The notes under the pieces: model-generated
What the model saw: only the letters and a program-made list of their open reading frames with translations
Databases searched by the model: none
What the model was told of the DNA's origin: nothing
Shown: piece after piece, positions 15,201 to 26,705 of the stretch
Layout of the letters: each line of letters starts with the position of its first letter
Position numbering within the stretch: the first letter of the stretch is position 1
Made by a program: the position numbers and the translations under genes
Assembly (NCBI RefSeq): GCF_009914755.1
Contig: NC_060929.1
Source of the DNA: the human T2T-CHM13v2.0 reference genome, Homo sapiens
DNA: 64,000 bases
Strand: one strand, 5' to 3'

Positions 15201-16217
15201 GTATTATTCTTCAGATTAGTCATTTTCAAAAGGAAAGAATGTTTTTCCCAAATGGTTTCTTTTCTGCCCCTAAAACAAGATATGTAGGCAGTTGTGCATA
15301 GAAAACCATAGGAATAAAATCCAAGCCAGCTTCTGCAATACCCAACCTTGCTTTCCTACCCCTTTGTGTTACACTGCCTCCTGGCCACATGATGTAATGA
15401 AGACAGGAGCAAACTGCCCCAAGATGAGAAGCACCCATAAGGGAACAGATTACACTATGGTTTGGGATCATTGTAGTTTTATCCATTTTCGATGGATTGC
15501 TTGGCTGATCTGACTGACTGAACAGATGGTGGCAGTGTCCATGCATAAGTCCTGGTCACTTCCCTATTCAATGCCCACTTACATACCAAGGAAGAGATTA
15601 GCTAAGTGCAATTGACAATCTAGACCAAGGTTAGAGGAGGTTTCACCCACACTCTCGAAAAATCTCATGGCATTCTCTTTCTTGCAATGATGTTCCTTTG
15701 AGAGTAAAGAAATAAAATCTTCTCAATTCCACCTGCATATTTTCTTTAAAAAGCTTAATAGATCACTAATAGGAAATATCATAAAGTGAATGAGTAATCA
15801 ATCATTCTTATGTCAAATTAATGTAATACATGTGGGACAAGACATTGCTGGAGCTATGAGAGGTTTCATTGAAAACAGTGTTTATGGCAGACAGCCATTG
15901 TGTGAGACCTTCAGTCCCTTTGAGAAAAACTGCCCCAGTGAAAAAAGGAGCCCCAAGTAGTAGTTCCAGCAGGACCAGCAATGTTGGGGCCCCATGACCT
16001 GACCTAGCACAAAAACTACCAGTCCTTAGACTGCCCTAGACCTGTGATGTGGCTTTACACAAAAAGCTCTGTGAAAAGAGAGATGATGATAATAATTAGG
16101 TTGCAAGTCAAGAATTTGGACTGGGAAAATATCGGGATAATCAGCACTGGGGAAAAAAAGGAGGAAGACACAAAGACAATCAGAAACAGCATAGTGGAGC
16201 CATAGAAAAGTGGTGTT

Positions 16218-16530
16218 GGCCAGGCTCGGTGGCTCACGCCTGTAATCCCAGAACTTTGGGAGGCTGAGCCGGGCGGATCACGAGGTCAGGAGATCAAGAC
16301 CATCCTGGCTAACAGGGTGAAACCCCATCTCTACTAAAAATACAAAAAAATTAGCCGGGCGTGGTGGCGGACGCCTGTAGTCCCAGCTACTCGGGAGGCT
16401 GAGGCAGGAGAATGGCGGTGAACCTGGGAGGCGGAGCTTGCAGTGAGCCGAGATCGCACCACTGCTCTCCAGCCAGGGCCACAGAGCAAGATTCCGTCTC
16501 AAAAAAAAAGGAAGAAAGAAAGAAAGAAAG
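16218..16530 (+). mobile_element. AluY with (GAAA)n tail
   Basis: 'gatcacgaggtcaggagatcaagaccatcctggctaaca', 'gaatggcg', 'ggagcttgcagt'. Confidence 0.96.
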
Positions 16531-17678
16531 GAAACTCGTGCTGCCGGGGTGCTTGAAGGTGCCTGGGGATTCCAAAGGCTCTTTCTGACTCATGGGCTGT
16601 GTGCGGCCCCGTTGATTCAATGTTGTGAGTTTTCACTAGACCCACGTTTAGACTAAGATTCCTGTTGACAACACTTGAGTCTCAATTCCTCAGTCCATAT
16701 TAATGAAAGTGATCAAATGCTTAACTAACAAGAACGTGGGAAGAGAAGAAGGAAAGACTTGGAGGAAAGATAAAAGAAAATAGGCAGGAGTGCAGGCCCT
16801 GGGAGGAAAATTCAAGTAGTTTCCAGATCTTGGTCATGAGTAGAGGTTCTTACCAGCATGTCTGTCAGGCAAGACCTTTGAATTTGAGACACCTTGCTAA
16901 AAGTGGTCAGCAGTAATTGAAAACAAAGAATAAAAAGGTAAGAGTATGTTTTTTTTTAAACTGTTTCAAAATAACAACTATATTTTTAATAAATTTTATT
17001 ATTACTTTTAAGATCTCCAAAATTCTTATTTGGTATTCTCAGTATTTTTCATTGAACTCACAGACCAGTTTTATTCTATTTTGTCACATCTTGTCATCCT
17101 GAAAATGAGGGTCTCTCAGATAAAAGACACAACTTTTTATAATCTGGTTAAAATTCTGAAAAACAGAAAAAGAAATATTCATTTGTTTCATGCCTCAATC
17201 CTCCTTCCCACTCAATTCATCCCCAAACTGGGAGCTCAGAACAAAATTTTTTCAATATTTTAGAGATACTATTGCAGTGAGGATAGAAAGTTCTCTCACA
17301 TCCCAGGGTCATTCCTAGTTCAAAATAACATTTTTTTGTTTACAAAATTTATTTTTCTTCCCTTTTGGTCACTCCATGACAACTCCTCCTGCTATTCAAA
17401 TATTTTATGCTATCATTTGAAATGCAGCCTGCACCACGGGTGAGCACTGTCACTTGAAATCTCTCTAGTGGATTGTCACGAGGAGAGGATCCTTGATGAG
17501 GCTGAGCACAATATCTCTGGCTACAGTGAGGATAGACACCACCATGGCAACATAAGCAGGGCTAAGAAGAACAGCATTATTGTGCCCTCGTGGAGTGATG
17601 CGGCAGAAAGGGCTTTGGGCCCTCAAACTCATCCTTCTTTACATCCTGTTAGGCCTCTCACCTCCTTTTGCTGTTGGA

Positions 17679-17743
17679 AGCTACCTTCTCCCTCCTGTGT
17701 ACCATTCTCCCTCCAGCTACTTTCTCCCTCCAGTGTACCATTC
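17679..17743. repeat. 36-bp imperfect tandem duplication
   Basis: agctaccttctccctcctgtgtaccattc and agctactttctccctccagtgtaccattc, 36 bp apart. Confidence 0.85.
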
Positions 17744-18646
17744 AGCACACTGAGAAATGCTATGTATAAAACAGATATATCCATAAATCACCAGGTACTC
17801 ACCTGAGAATCCCTAAAACATTATGTATGATTAAAATGGAGCCTTAGGATAAACAGGAAATCCAAGAATTTTAAATTATTTTCCCAAGTGCCAATCTTCC
17901 AATCACTAAAGTAAATAAACAAAAGGTAGCAAGACCTTAGATTTTGTGTGATATAGCATCATGCTATAAAACACATCTCAATGTTTTATATACATCATTA
18001 AAATTCTAAGGGCTATTAAAATTTCTTGTTACAGTAAAGAATGAACTGTGATTAGGTGTAAACTAACAGAGCCAACCACTTGAGATGAAATCTTTAAAAC
18101 CTAGCATGATTTGCTTCCTTCGTAAAACTTATACTCTCTCCTTTGCCTCAGGGAAAGTAAAAAATCCTAAATTGGCAAATTAAACTCAAAAATAACATCA
18201 GTTATTTTTATTCAATCTTCTAGGTTGGTATAAGACATGGTATGGTATTGTGTTAACACTTCACTGTGTATGTAACCAACGTCAAGTTAATAACTTAGCA
18301 ATTTAGGAGAATGAGGAAACGTTGGTAAGTTCTCTAGCCAGGAGAACTGGGTTGCAACTACAGCATCGTCACTACCTCACCATATGAGTCTGAGCAAATC
18401 AATCACCACAACTCATATTCCCCAAACGTTAAATTAAGCTAACACTCTTGCTTCCTTGTTTACCTTCCAGCAGTGGTCCTCAGCATTTTATTCCTCAAGG
18501 TCATAACTGTGGACAACAGCCATGCCTTGGATACACTCCCACAAGTCAAGATGGCTCACTGGAGGGTGCAAGTTAGGCTGCAGGTTATACTCAATTCCTC
18601 CAACTGCCACTAACTCTTTCTTCTCTTGCTGATTCAGAGTTATCAG

Positions 18647-19228
18647 TGTGGCAGGCAGCTGCCTCTAAGATGATCCCCAGTGATCCTCACCTCCTGGTAG
18701 TGATACCATTGCACAATCTTCTCCCCTTTGGTACAGCCTGTACTTAATGACTCTCTTTTAAAACAGAATACAGAAAAAGTGATGGGATATCCCTTCTGAG
18801 ACTACATAATAAGAAGATGTTCACTACATCTTGTTCACCCTTTCTTGCTCTCTCTTACTCATTCTGAGGGAGCCAGCTGTCATGTTGCTGGTTGCCCTCT
18901 GGAGAAGTCCATACAAAAATGAACTGAGGGAAGCCTTCGGCCAAAGAAGTGAGGCCCTCAAAGCCCACCAGGAGCTAAATTCTGCCAACAAGCATGTGAG
19001 GGAGCTTGGGAGCAAATCCTCCTGCTCCCACAGTCAAGCCTTCAGATGAGATCACAGCTCTGGCCAATACCTTGATTGCAGCCTTATAAGACACCTTGGG
19101 GGGCAGATGCACTCAGCTAAGCAATGCATAGATTTCTGACCCACAGAAACCATGAGATTGCAAATGGGTGTTGTTTTAAGCCACTTAGTTTTGAAATAAT
19201 TTATGTGCAGCAATAGATAACTAATAAC
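18647..19228 (+). mobile_element. MLT1E/F-like MaLR LTR
   Basis: 'tgtggcaggcagc..ctctaagatgatccccagtgatcctcacctcctggta' to 'gttttaagccact...gcagcaatagataactaata'. Confidence 0.85.
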
Positions 19229-19339
19229 AAATATGGTCAGAAACTATGGTAGAGAATATTTGCCTTCAAATGGCATTTTTTCAAATGTCTGTGTCTCAGT
19301 CCAGTCTAATGGCTATGATTCAATTTAGTGATCTGGTGA

Positions 19340-19525
19340 GCTTCAATCAGAATCCTTTGGGGACATGGAATGGAATGGAATAGAATTGAATTAAAAAAGC
19401 AGAACTCATTGTTAAGAATAAATAATATTGTCTTGTGAAACTTTCATTTCATAAGTATATTTCACATGCTAGGTCATGATGTATATTTTTTACTATGAGT
19501 TGTCCAAAAATGTTTGAATGGCACA
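19340..19525. mobile_element. Charlie4-like hAT remnant
   Basis: 'gtgaaactttcatttca...ttactatgagttgtccaaaaatgtttgaatggcac'. Confidence 0.5.
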
Positions 19526-19979
19526 ACCCTAAGTGACAATTATAAACATCAAATGAGAAAATCAATTGAACTCTCTTCCCTTCTGCTTGGCCAAATTCAA
19601 CCATGTTTTAAGTCTTAGTAAGATTTTGCTCAAGTCTTACCCTTCTTTAAAGCCTCCCTTCACATTCTAGCCCACTGGTTTTCTCCACCTCCTCTTGGAA
19701 TACAAGTCCTACAAGAATCCAGTGTCAGTGGTGCACTGCCTTGTGAAAAGTTACATTAATCTGCATTATTATCTGTAATTGAGCATGGAATGTATATTTC
19801 TCCCAAAATAGATGGCAAGAGCCTTGAGAGAGAGGGCTGTTTTCATTTCTCTACATCCTGCATAGGATATATTGTGTAAGTATAAAACATGTAACTAAGG
19901 GGCATTTGGACGATCTTTCATGATAGAGGTTTATTGTGAAGGAGCACAGGAATGCGAGATAGCACTGCAATTGTCTCTT

Positions 19980-20478
19980 TGTGGTAGGCTGAAAAACAGA
20001 CCCCCAAAATATATCTCTGCCCCAATCACTGGAATCTGTAAATGTTACTGTGTTACTTTGTATGGAAACAAGACCTTGCCATATAAAATTAAGTTAAGGA
20101 TTTTGAGATGGGGAGAGTTTCCTGGACTGTCAGGGTGGGCCTTAAATGTGATTACATGTATTCTGATAAGAGGGAGGGAGAGGAAAATAAAACACAGACA
20201 GAAGAGAAGAAGCCAAAGCAGCCACGGAGGTAGAGATCAGAGTAATGCCGCACAAACTAAGACATGCCGGTGGCCACCAGAAGCTGGAAGAGGTAAGGAA
20301 GGATTTCTCTCCTTGAGCCTCTGGAGAAGTGCAGCCCTGCTACCACCTTGATTTCAACCCAGTGATGCTCACTGAATTCAGCAATCTGGACTGCAAAACT
20401 GTGAGAGAATAAATTTCTATTGTTTTATACCACCAAGTTTGTGGTAATCTGTTCCAACAGCCACAAGAAATTAATATA
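19980..20478 (+). mobile_element. MLT1C/D MaLR LTR
   Basis: 'tgtggtaggctgaaaaa...attaagttaaggattttgagatggg...ccaccagaagctggaagagg...agaataaatttct'. Confidence 0.9.
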
Positions 20479-20747
20479 CCTCTCAATACCATTTTTGCCT
20501 TTGGGTCCTAGAACATCCAACATTACAATGTACTGTGTGCCTTATTAATGTTCAACAATGTTTTTTCACATCTTTTTGGAAAATAACCTGAAATGCAGTA
20601 GCCAACTTTCTGCCTAAGAAGATCAGGCTGGGTTGGTTTGTTGCCACGTAATATGGAATATCCCCAGTGGGCAGTACTCTTGACAAATTATCTTGAAGGC
20701 AGCTGGATTCTTTTATATCCATACGATTTGTAGTGACTTTGGGGTCC

Positions 20748-21035
20748 TGCCAGTCTTGAACAAGATTATCTAAAAGCAGAGCCTAACACAGGGATTCTTG
20801 TTCAAATAAGTGATTGGGGAATGCTCTCAGGAGTCAGGGGAAAAACTTAGCCAGGTATGGTCTCAATCAGAGACTAACTTCAGTCTGATCCTCCAGAAAG
20901 GCTTTGTACCACAAAGTTAATCCCACCTTGAGTCAAGGGGAAAGCCTTTTTCTACCCACCTTATCACTCAGAGATTGGGAGATTCGCATGGGAGTGGGAT
21001 GGTAAGGTGACAGGGAATCATGGCCTCCCAGGCAA
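20748..21035 (-). mobile_element. LTR33/LTR16-like ERVL LTR fragment
   Basis: 'aagcagagcctaacacagggattcttgttcaa...gaatgctctcaggag'. Confidence 0.5.
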
Positions 21036-21369
21036 AAAAATAGGGACTTCTTATAGGAAATGATTAATAAAAGAAAACCACAAATGCAAAGCATTATATA
21101 AACAATTAATGAATTTAACTAGTATAAGATATTGTCAGGATAAATTTAAATTAATCCTGATGTGTTGGCCAAATGGCAGTCAATGAGTATTGTTTGTCAA
21201 CTCTGATTTGAGCTTGGTTCCCTTAGCCTGTGACATAGAATGGCAGCCTGGAAAATCCCAATCAGGTTGCAAAACCAAACGTGACCTCAGTAGAGTATCA
21301 GTGGAATAATGCTCAACTCAGATAATGCCTTCAAAAGACATTACATAAAGGTGGAGGTGGCCACATGTT

Positions 21370-21519
21370 CTTTGCTGGGTTTATAGACTTCACCTGCCAT
21401 GGAGGGACCCCTCAGTGGTGAGGGTCATGAGCCCCCACAGCGGCTGCTTTGCTGGGACTCCTCCATGGCAGGTGAAGTCTATAAACCCAGCAAAGCAGCT
21501 GCTGTGGGGGTTCGTGACC
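21370..21519. repeat. Two overlapping inverted repeats (36 bp perfect; 34 bp with 3 transitions)
   Basis: 21370-21405 is the exact reverse complement of 21460-21495; 21423-21456 matches the reverse complement of 21486-21519 at 31/34. Confidence 0.97.
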
Positions 21520-23166
21520 ACATTAAAATTCTTATTTGAGTCAAGGATGAGAGACCTGATCCAAACATGGCCTACATGGAGCCAGGCTGTTTTGTTTCTT
21601 CCTTAGGCAGACAGAGTGAAACAGCAAAAAAAACTAAAAAGGTGCAAATTCCACCCTTCATGCGGTAGAAATGTGTGACCTGCAAGGCCTAGATTTTGAT
21701 CATTTAAATCCAACACTTCTGAGCAACTCCTTGAAACTTAGGAAATACCTCATGAATTTTCAAAACATTTCTGAAACATGCTAGACTGCCACATTTGTTG
21801 AAGTCAGCTAGGAGCAAGGGCCAGAGCAGAGGTGGGGACAGTGGAGAAATGAAGCCACTGCCTCAGAGAGGTGAGCCGCACCTGCCCAGTGCCCATGACC
21901 CCAGCACGGAACACCCTCGGCTCTGTTCCTAACCAGTGTTTATTTACCACAGATATCCTTGAATTTCCCTGACTGGTAAGAGATACATGAGAGACAAAGA
22001 GACAGAGAGGGAAAAAGAGAGAGGAGGTCAGAGAATGACCAAAATAACATTGCATTCTTTTTTGTTTAAAGGACATTTAAAAACAAAACATCAAAAAATC
22101 ATTCATTATCATCATTTCATGAATAAAAGCCATTTGAATACCCATAAAAAAAGAAAGCACACAATGCCAGAATAAAGGGTAGTCCTTCAAGATCAATGGA
22201 TTTAGTTTTAGAAAAAACTCACCACATTTGCTTACATTTTCATTTTACCTCACATCAGCACTCTAAGTGTTCTGAGAACCACAGTTTAACAGTTGAGCCC
22301 GTTTAAGCTCACGCCTCCTGTCATTCTCATACAAACTGAAAAGAGCTGGGCTCCTTCTGGCCCAGCTTAAATCAAGAACAAATTAACTACCTGTCCCAAA
22401 TAAAGGACATCCAAAGGTCATGGAAACCTTTAAATCATTCTCAATTTCTAGTTTTTTGAAAACCCTAGCAAATTTCTCATTATCAGTAGGATTGCTAGGG
22501 GCAGTTTCAATAACCTACAAACTAAAGTTTAACTTTTAAAGTAACTGCTTCTGTCATTTAATGCTTTAAAAAATAAAGTTGAAGGCAGAGTTTGTTCAAC
22601 ATTTACTGAGTGCCTAATTATATGTCAGGTAATATGCTACAATAAGGGAATATGTGCATGCATTTTTCCCTGTTTTTCAAATTCAAGTATTATTTACATA
22701 CAATAAAATTTAGCCCTCTTCAGCATACAATTCCAGAAGTTTTGGCAAACACATAAGTTATACAACCATCACCACAATGAAGACACAGAACATTTCCATC
22801 AGCCCCAAAATCCCTCTCACCCCATGTACTCAACTCCTGCCCCTACCTACAGGCCCTGGAAACCACTGATCTGTCCCTATAGTCTTGCCTTTTACAGAAT
22901 ATATAATTATATTCATAATTATTTACATAATAATCTTCCAGAATTCCACATTAGTGTAATCACGCAGTATGTAGCCTTTTGAGTCTGGCTTCTTCCACTC
23001 AGCAGAGTGCATCTAACATTCTTCTGTTGTTGCTCGGATCAATAGTTCCTTCCTTCTTACTGCTGAGTACAGCATGGTTTGTTTATCCACTCCCTGGTTG
23101 AAGCACAGTTGAGTTGTTTCCATTTAGGTAGTAGAGAAAATATAAACAAAGCTGCTATAAATATCC

Positions 23167-23564
23167 TGTATTAGTCTGTTTTCACACTGCTGATGAAGAT
23201 ATACCTGAGACTGGGCAATTTACAAAAGAAAGAGGTTTATTGGATTTACAGTTCCACATGTCTGGGGAAGCCTCACAATCACGGCGGAAGGCAAGGGGGA
23301 GCAAGTCACATCTTACATGGATGGCAGCAGGCAAAGAGAGCGTGGGCAGAGAAACTCATGTTTTTAAAACCTTCAGATCTCATGAGACCTATTCACTATC
23401 ATGAGCACAGAAACTATCACGAGCACTATCATGAGCACTAACGGCACAGAAAATACCCTCCCCCATGATTCAGTCATCTCCCACTGGGTCCCTCCCACAA
23501 CATGTGGGAATTATGGGAGCTACAAGATGAGATTTGGGTATGGACACTGAGCCAAACCATATCA
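23167..23564 (-). mobile_element. THE1 MaLR solo LTR
   Basis: 'tgtattagtctgttttcacactgctgat' to 'gccaaaccatatca'. Confidence 0.95.
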
Positions 23565-23680
23565 CATTCACATACAGGTTCTCATGTGACTATAAGTTTT
23601 CATTTCTGTTGGGTAAATGTCTACGAGTAGAAAATCTGAGTCTTATGGTAAGTGTATGTTTAACTTTATAAGAAATTGCT

Positions 23681-23988
23681 GGCTAGGCATGGTGGGTTAT
23701 GCCTATAATCCCAACATTTTGGGAGGCTGAGGTGAGAGGATAGTGTGAGCCCAGGAGTTTGAGATCAGCCTGGGCAACATGGCGAGACCCTTCAACTACA
23801 AAAATTTTTACAATTAGCCAAGCATATTGGTGCATACTGGTCTCAGTTACTCGGGAGACTGAGGTGAGAGGATCATTTGAGCCCAGGAGGTCGAGGCTGC
23901 AGTGAGCCATGTTCACACCACTGCACTCCAGCGAGGGTGACAGAATGAGACCCAGTTTCAAAAAAAAAAAAAAAAGTAAAGAAAAAAG
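23681..23988 (+). mobile_element. AluJ
   Basis: 'tgagcccaggagtttgag', 'gaggtcgaggctgcagtgagccatg'; TSD aagaaattgc. Confidence 0.93.
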
Positions 23989-24121
23989 AAATTGCCAAAT
24001 TACTTTCCAAAATGATTGCATCATTTTGCATTCTCAATAGCACTATGTGAAAGTTGTACTTGCTCTGTATCTCTGTTAGCACTTGGTATTGTCAATTTTT
24101 ATGTTGTTTTTATTTATGCAC

Positions 24122-24152
24122 GTGTGTGTGTGTGTTTGTGTGTGCGTGCGTG
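24122..24152. repeat. (TG)n microsatellite, imperfect
   Basis: gtgtgtgtgtgtgtttgtgtgtgcgtgcgtgt. Confidence 0.9.
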
Positions 24153-24199
24153 TAGAGAAAGAGAAAGAGACTTTCTAGTAGGTTCCGGTTAAGCAGTCA

Positions 24200-24965
24200 T
24201 TCCCTATCCACCACCCAAACCACCCAAGTCCCCGCCAACTACTATTCTACTTTTTCTGTTTCTATAGATATTTCACATATATTTCATATTTTATATCTAT
24301 TCTGGATATTTCATTAAAAAGGAATCATATAATATGTAAACTTTATATCTGGTATCTTTTTTTTTTTTCGAGAAGGAGTCTCACTCTGTCACCCAGGCTG
24401 GAGTACAATGGCATGGTCTTGGCTCACTGCAACCTCCGCCTCCCAGGTTCAAGCGATTCTCCTGCCTCAGCCTCCTAAGTAGCTGGGACTACAGGCACAT
24501 GCTACCACACCTGGCTAATTTTTATATTTTTAGTAGAGACAGGGTTTCACTATGTTGGCCAGGCTGGTCTCAAACTCCTGACCTCGTGATCTGCCCGCCT
24601 CAGCCTCCCAAAGTGCTGGGATTACAGGCGTGGGCCACCGCGCCCAGCCCTGGTATCTTTCACTTAGCATAATGTTTTTGAGACTCATCTGTGTTGCAGT
24701 ACCTTCCTTTTTATGGATGAATAATATTCCATTGTACGAATATAGTGCATTTTGTTTATCCACTCATCTGTTATTGAACATTTGGGCTGTTTCCATTTTT
24801 TGGCTATTGTGAATATAGTGTTGCAATAAACCTTACTGATTTCAATTATTTTGAGTATAATTGCTGAGTCATATGATAAGTCTTTAACTTTTTGAGGAAC
24901 TACCCAACTGTTTTTCCACAATAGCAGAACCATTTCACATCTTCATTATCAACATATGAAGGCTC
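24200..24965 (-). mobile_element. L1MB-like 3' region split by Alu
   Basis: 'ctattctggatatttcat...ggaatcatataatatgt', 'cacttagcataatgtttt...ataatattccattgta'. Confidence 0.85.
24357..24649 (-). mobile_element. AluS (Sg-like)
   Basis: 'ctcctgacctcgtgatc'; TSD ctggtatcttt. Confidence 0.95.
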
Positions 24966-25157
24966 TTTACAAGAGATAGTAATAGAAAGGGCAAGGAAAC
25001 AAGACAGATTTCCATTCTCACACAGCCCTGGGTGAGGGAAAGGGGATCAGAGAGAGAACAGGAACACTGGGATCAAAGAAGAAATGAAAATTAAGAGATT
25101 TTGATACTTGTAGATAGGTAAGAATAGCAACTCAAATAAGAAGTGGTAGGTAGGGCT

Positions 25158-26705
25158 GTGTTGGGGCACAGAAAGCAATACCCCAAAATATACCACCTTG
25201 GCATGCTGATTGCTTCGAATGAAAGAATATTGAAAGACCTCAGAAATAAGCCACAAAACCAAAGTCTCTCTCTGTCCTCCCCAACTTCCCTGTCTCTCTG
25301 ATCCTCCCTTTTCCCAAAGTACCATGTGGTACCCTCTCTGGAACTTTTTGTTGTTGTTAAGTTTCTAATTAGAATTATCATTCCACATCTCTGGAACTTT
25401 TTTATCTGACTGAAAAAGCTTCTTTTCAAAACAAATGCAATTGTCTTAAGACCTCCTTCCTAGGAATCTCATCAAATTACCAGGAAAGCTTAACCACGAG
25501 AAAAGAGACTGGGAGTTGTCACTATGCCCAGACAGACTTTTCATCTATTCTTCTGAGAATTGCTGTGAAAGATTATCTGGAAGGCTTTATCTGCATAATA
25601 AGACAACTTTTATTCACAGTGAACTTCCACTCCTTATCTACCTGAGAGCTCACAGACTTTATCCCAGACTACTGTTATTTGGGCTCATACTCATTTCCCC
25701 TGAAAATCATTCACTTCTACAACCTCCATTACCCCTTCTATGAAGAAGGCTGTACAAGCATCTGGACATCATGGGATTATTAGGTAATCACACTCCTGTG
25801 ATTTTTCTCTCTTGCAGGTGAGGAATAACCTCTGATTTTTTTATCTTGCCCAAATTCCTATCTAAGGAGTCTGGGGAGTCATGGTCTACAAATAATGAAT
25901 TCTCATCAGAAGGATTTTATTTAACCCTGTATATTGTCACTTACTTTCCAACCTGACTCTGGCATAACATTACAAAACAAGGAAGAAAAACAAAATATTT
26001 TACCCCAAAACATGTTTCTTTGCCATATTTCAAAATGGCCCTGCAAAGCTATTCTTTGTGGGGGAAAATTTGCATCTGTAAAGAATCTCTGTTAGCATAG
26101 CTAGATATTTGTCTTCCAGACTCACCCAGTCCTAAAGAGATTATCTAAGATCTGAATGGGAAACATTTGTCATCTATTGTCTCTAAGCGCAGCCACTATA
26201 AGATTTCAAAAGAACTTTGGTCTCCACAATCTTCATCTTAACCTGAACATTCCCTTTCTGTCAATCCCAGGTCTTTAGACAGACTCAATCAATTGTCAAC
26301 CAGAAAATGTTTAAATTCACCTGTAGCCTGGAAGCCGCACCCGCTCCCCCCGCACCCGTCCCTGCCCCCGCCCAGCCCTGTTTGAGTTGTCCTGCCTTTC
26401 TGGACCATACCAATGTATTTCTTAAATGTATTTGGTTGATGTCTCATGCCTCTCTAAAATATATAAAACCAAGCTGCACCCACCTTGGCACATGTTCTCA
26501 GGACCTCCTGAGGGCTGTGTCACAGGCCATGGTCACCCATATTTGGCTCAGAATAAATCTCTTCAAATATTCTACAGAGTTTGAATCTTTTCATCGATAC
26601 ATGTTAAATAAATATTATATGCTGTTTTGTGCTACGAGTCTGCTTTCTGTTTATTTTTGGCAAACTCTGAGTGGACAAATACATAGCTTTCCCTCTGCCT
26701 TTACA
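25158..26705 (+). mobile_element. MER39-like ERV1 LTR split by a MER4 LTR
   Basis: Starts 'tgttggggcacagaaagcaataccccaaaatat'; resumes at 26600 'catgttaaataaa...ctttccctctgcctttaca'. Confidence 0.75.
25819..26599 (+). mobile_element. MER4 (D/E-like) ERV1 solo LTR
   Basis: 'ttatcttgcccaaattcctatctaaggagtctggggagtcat', 'tttggctcagaataaatctcttcaaatat'; flanks cagg/catg as a degenerate 4-bp TSD. Confidence 0.88.

Larger units (their letters stand above)
22672..24110 (-). mobile_element. Old L1M (ME/MD-type) 3' region interrupted by THE1 and AluJ
   Basis: 'accatcaccacaat...agaacatttccatca', 'aaagctgctataaa', 'ttatggtaagtgtatgtttaactttataagaaattgc'. Confidence 0.85.

Noticed and set aside
17468-17806. 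112-aa ORF and Kozak-like CCATGG on both strands near 17542
   Set aside because: The ORF starts at GTG; the plus-strand ATG gives only MAT*, the minus-strand ATG only 26 aa with no recognisable homology
21370-21519. Naming the hairpin as a known microRNA
   Set aside because: I do not recognise a specific miRNA sequence; this needs a database search
23395-23453. CRISPR-like repeat array
   Set aside because: 12-bp repeats without regular unique spacers, inside a primate LTR, with no cas genes
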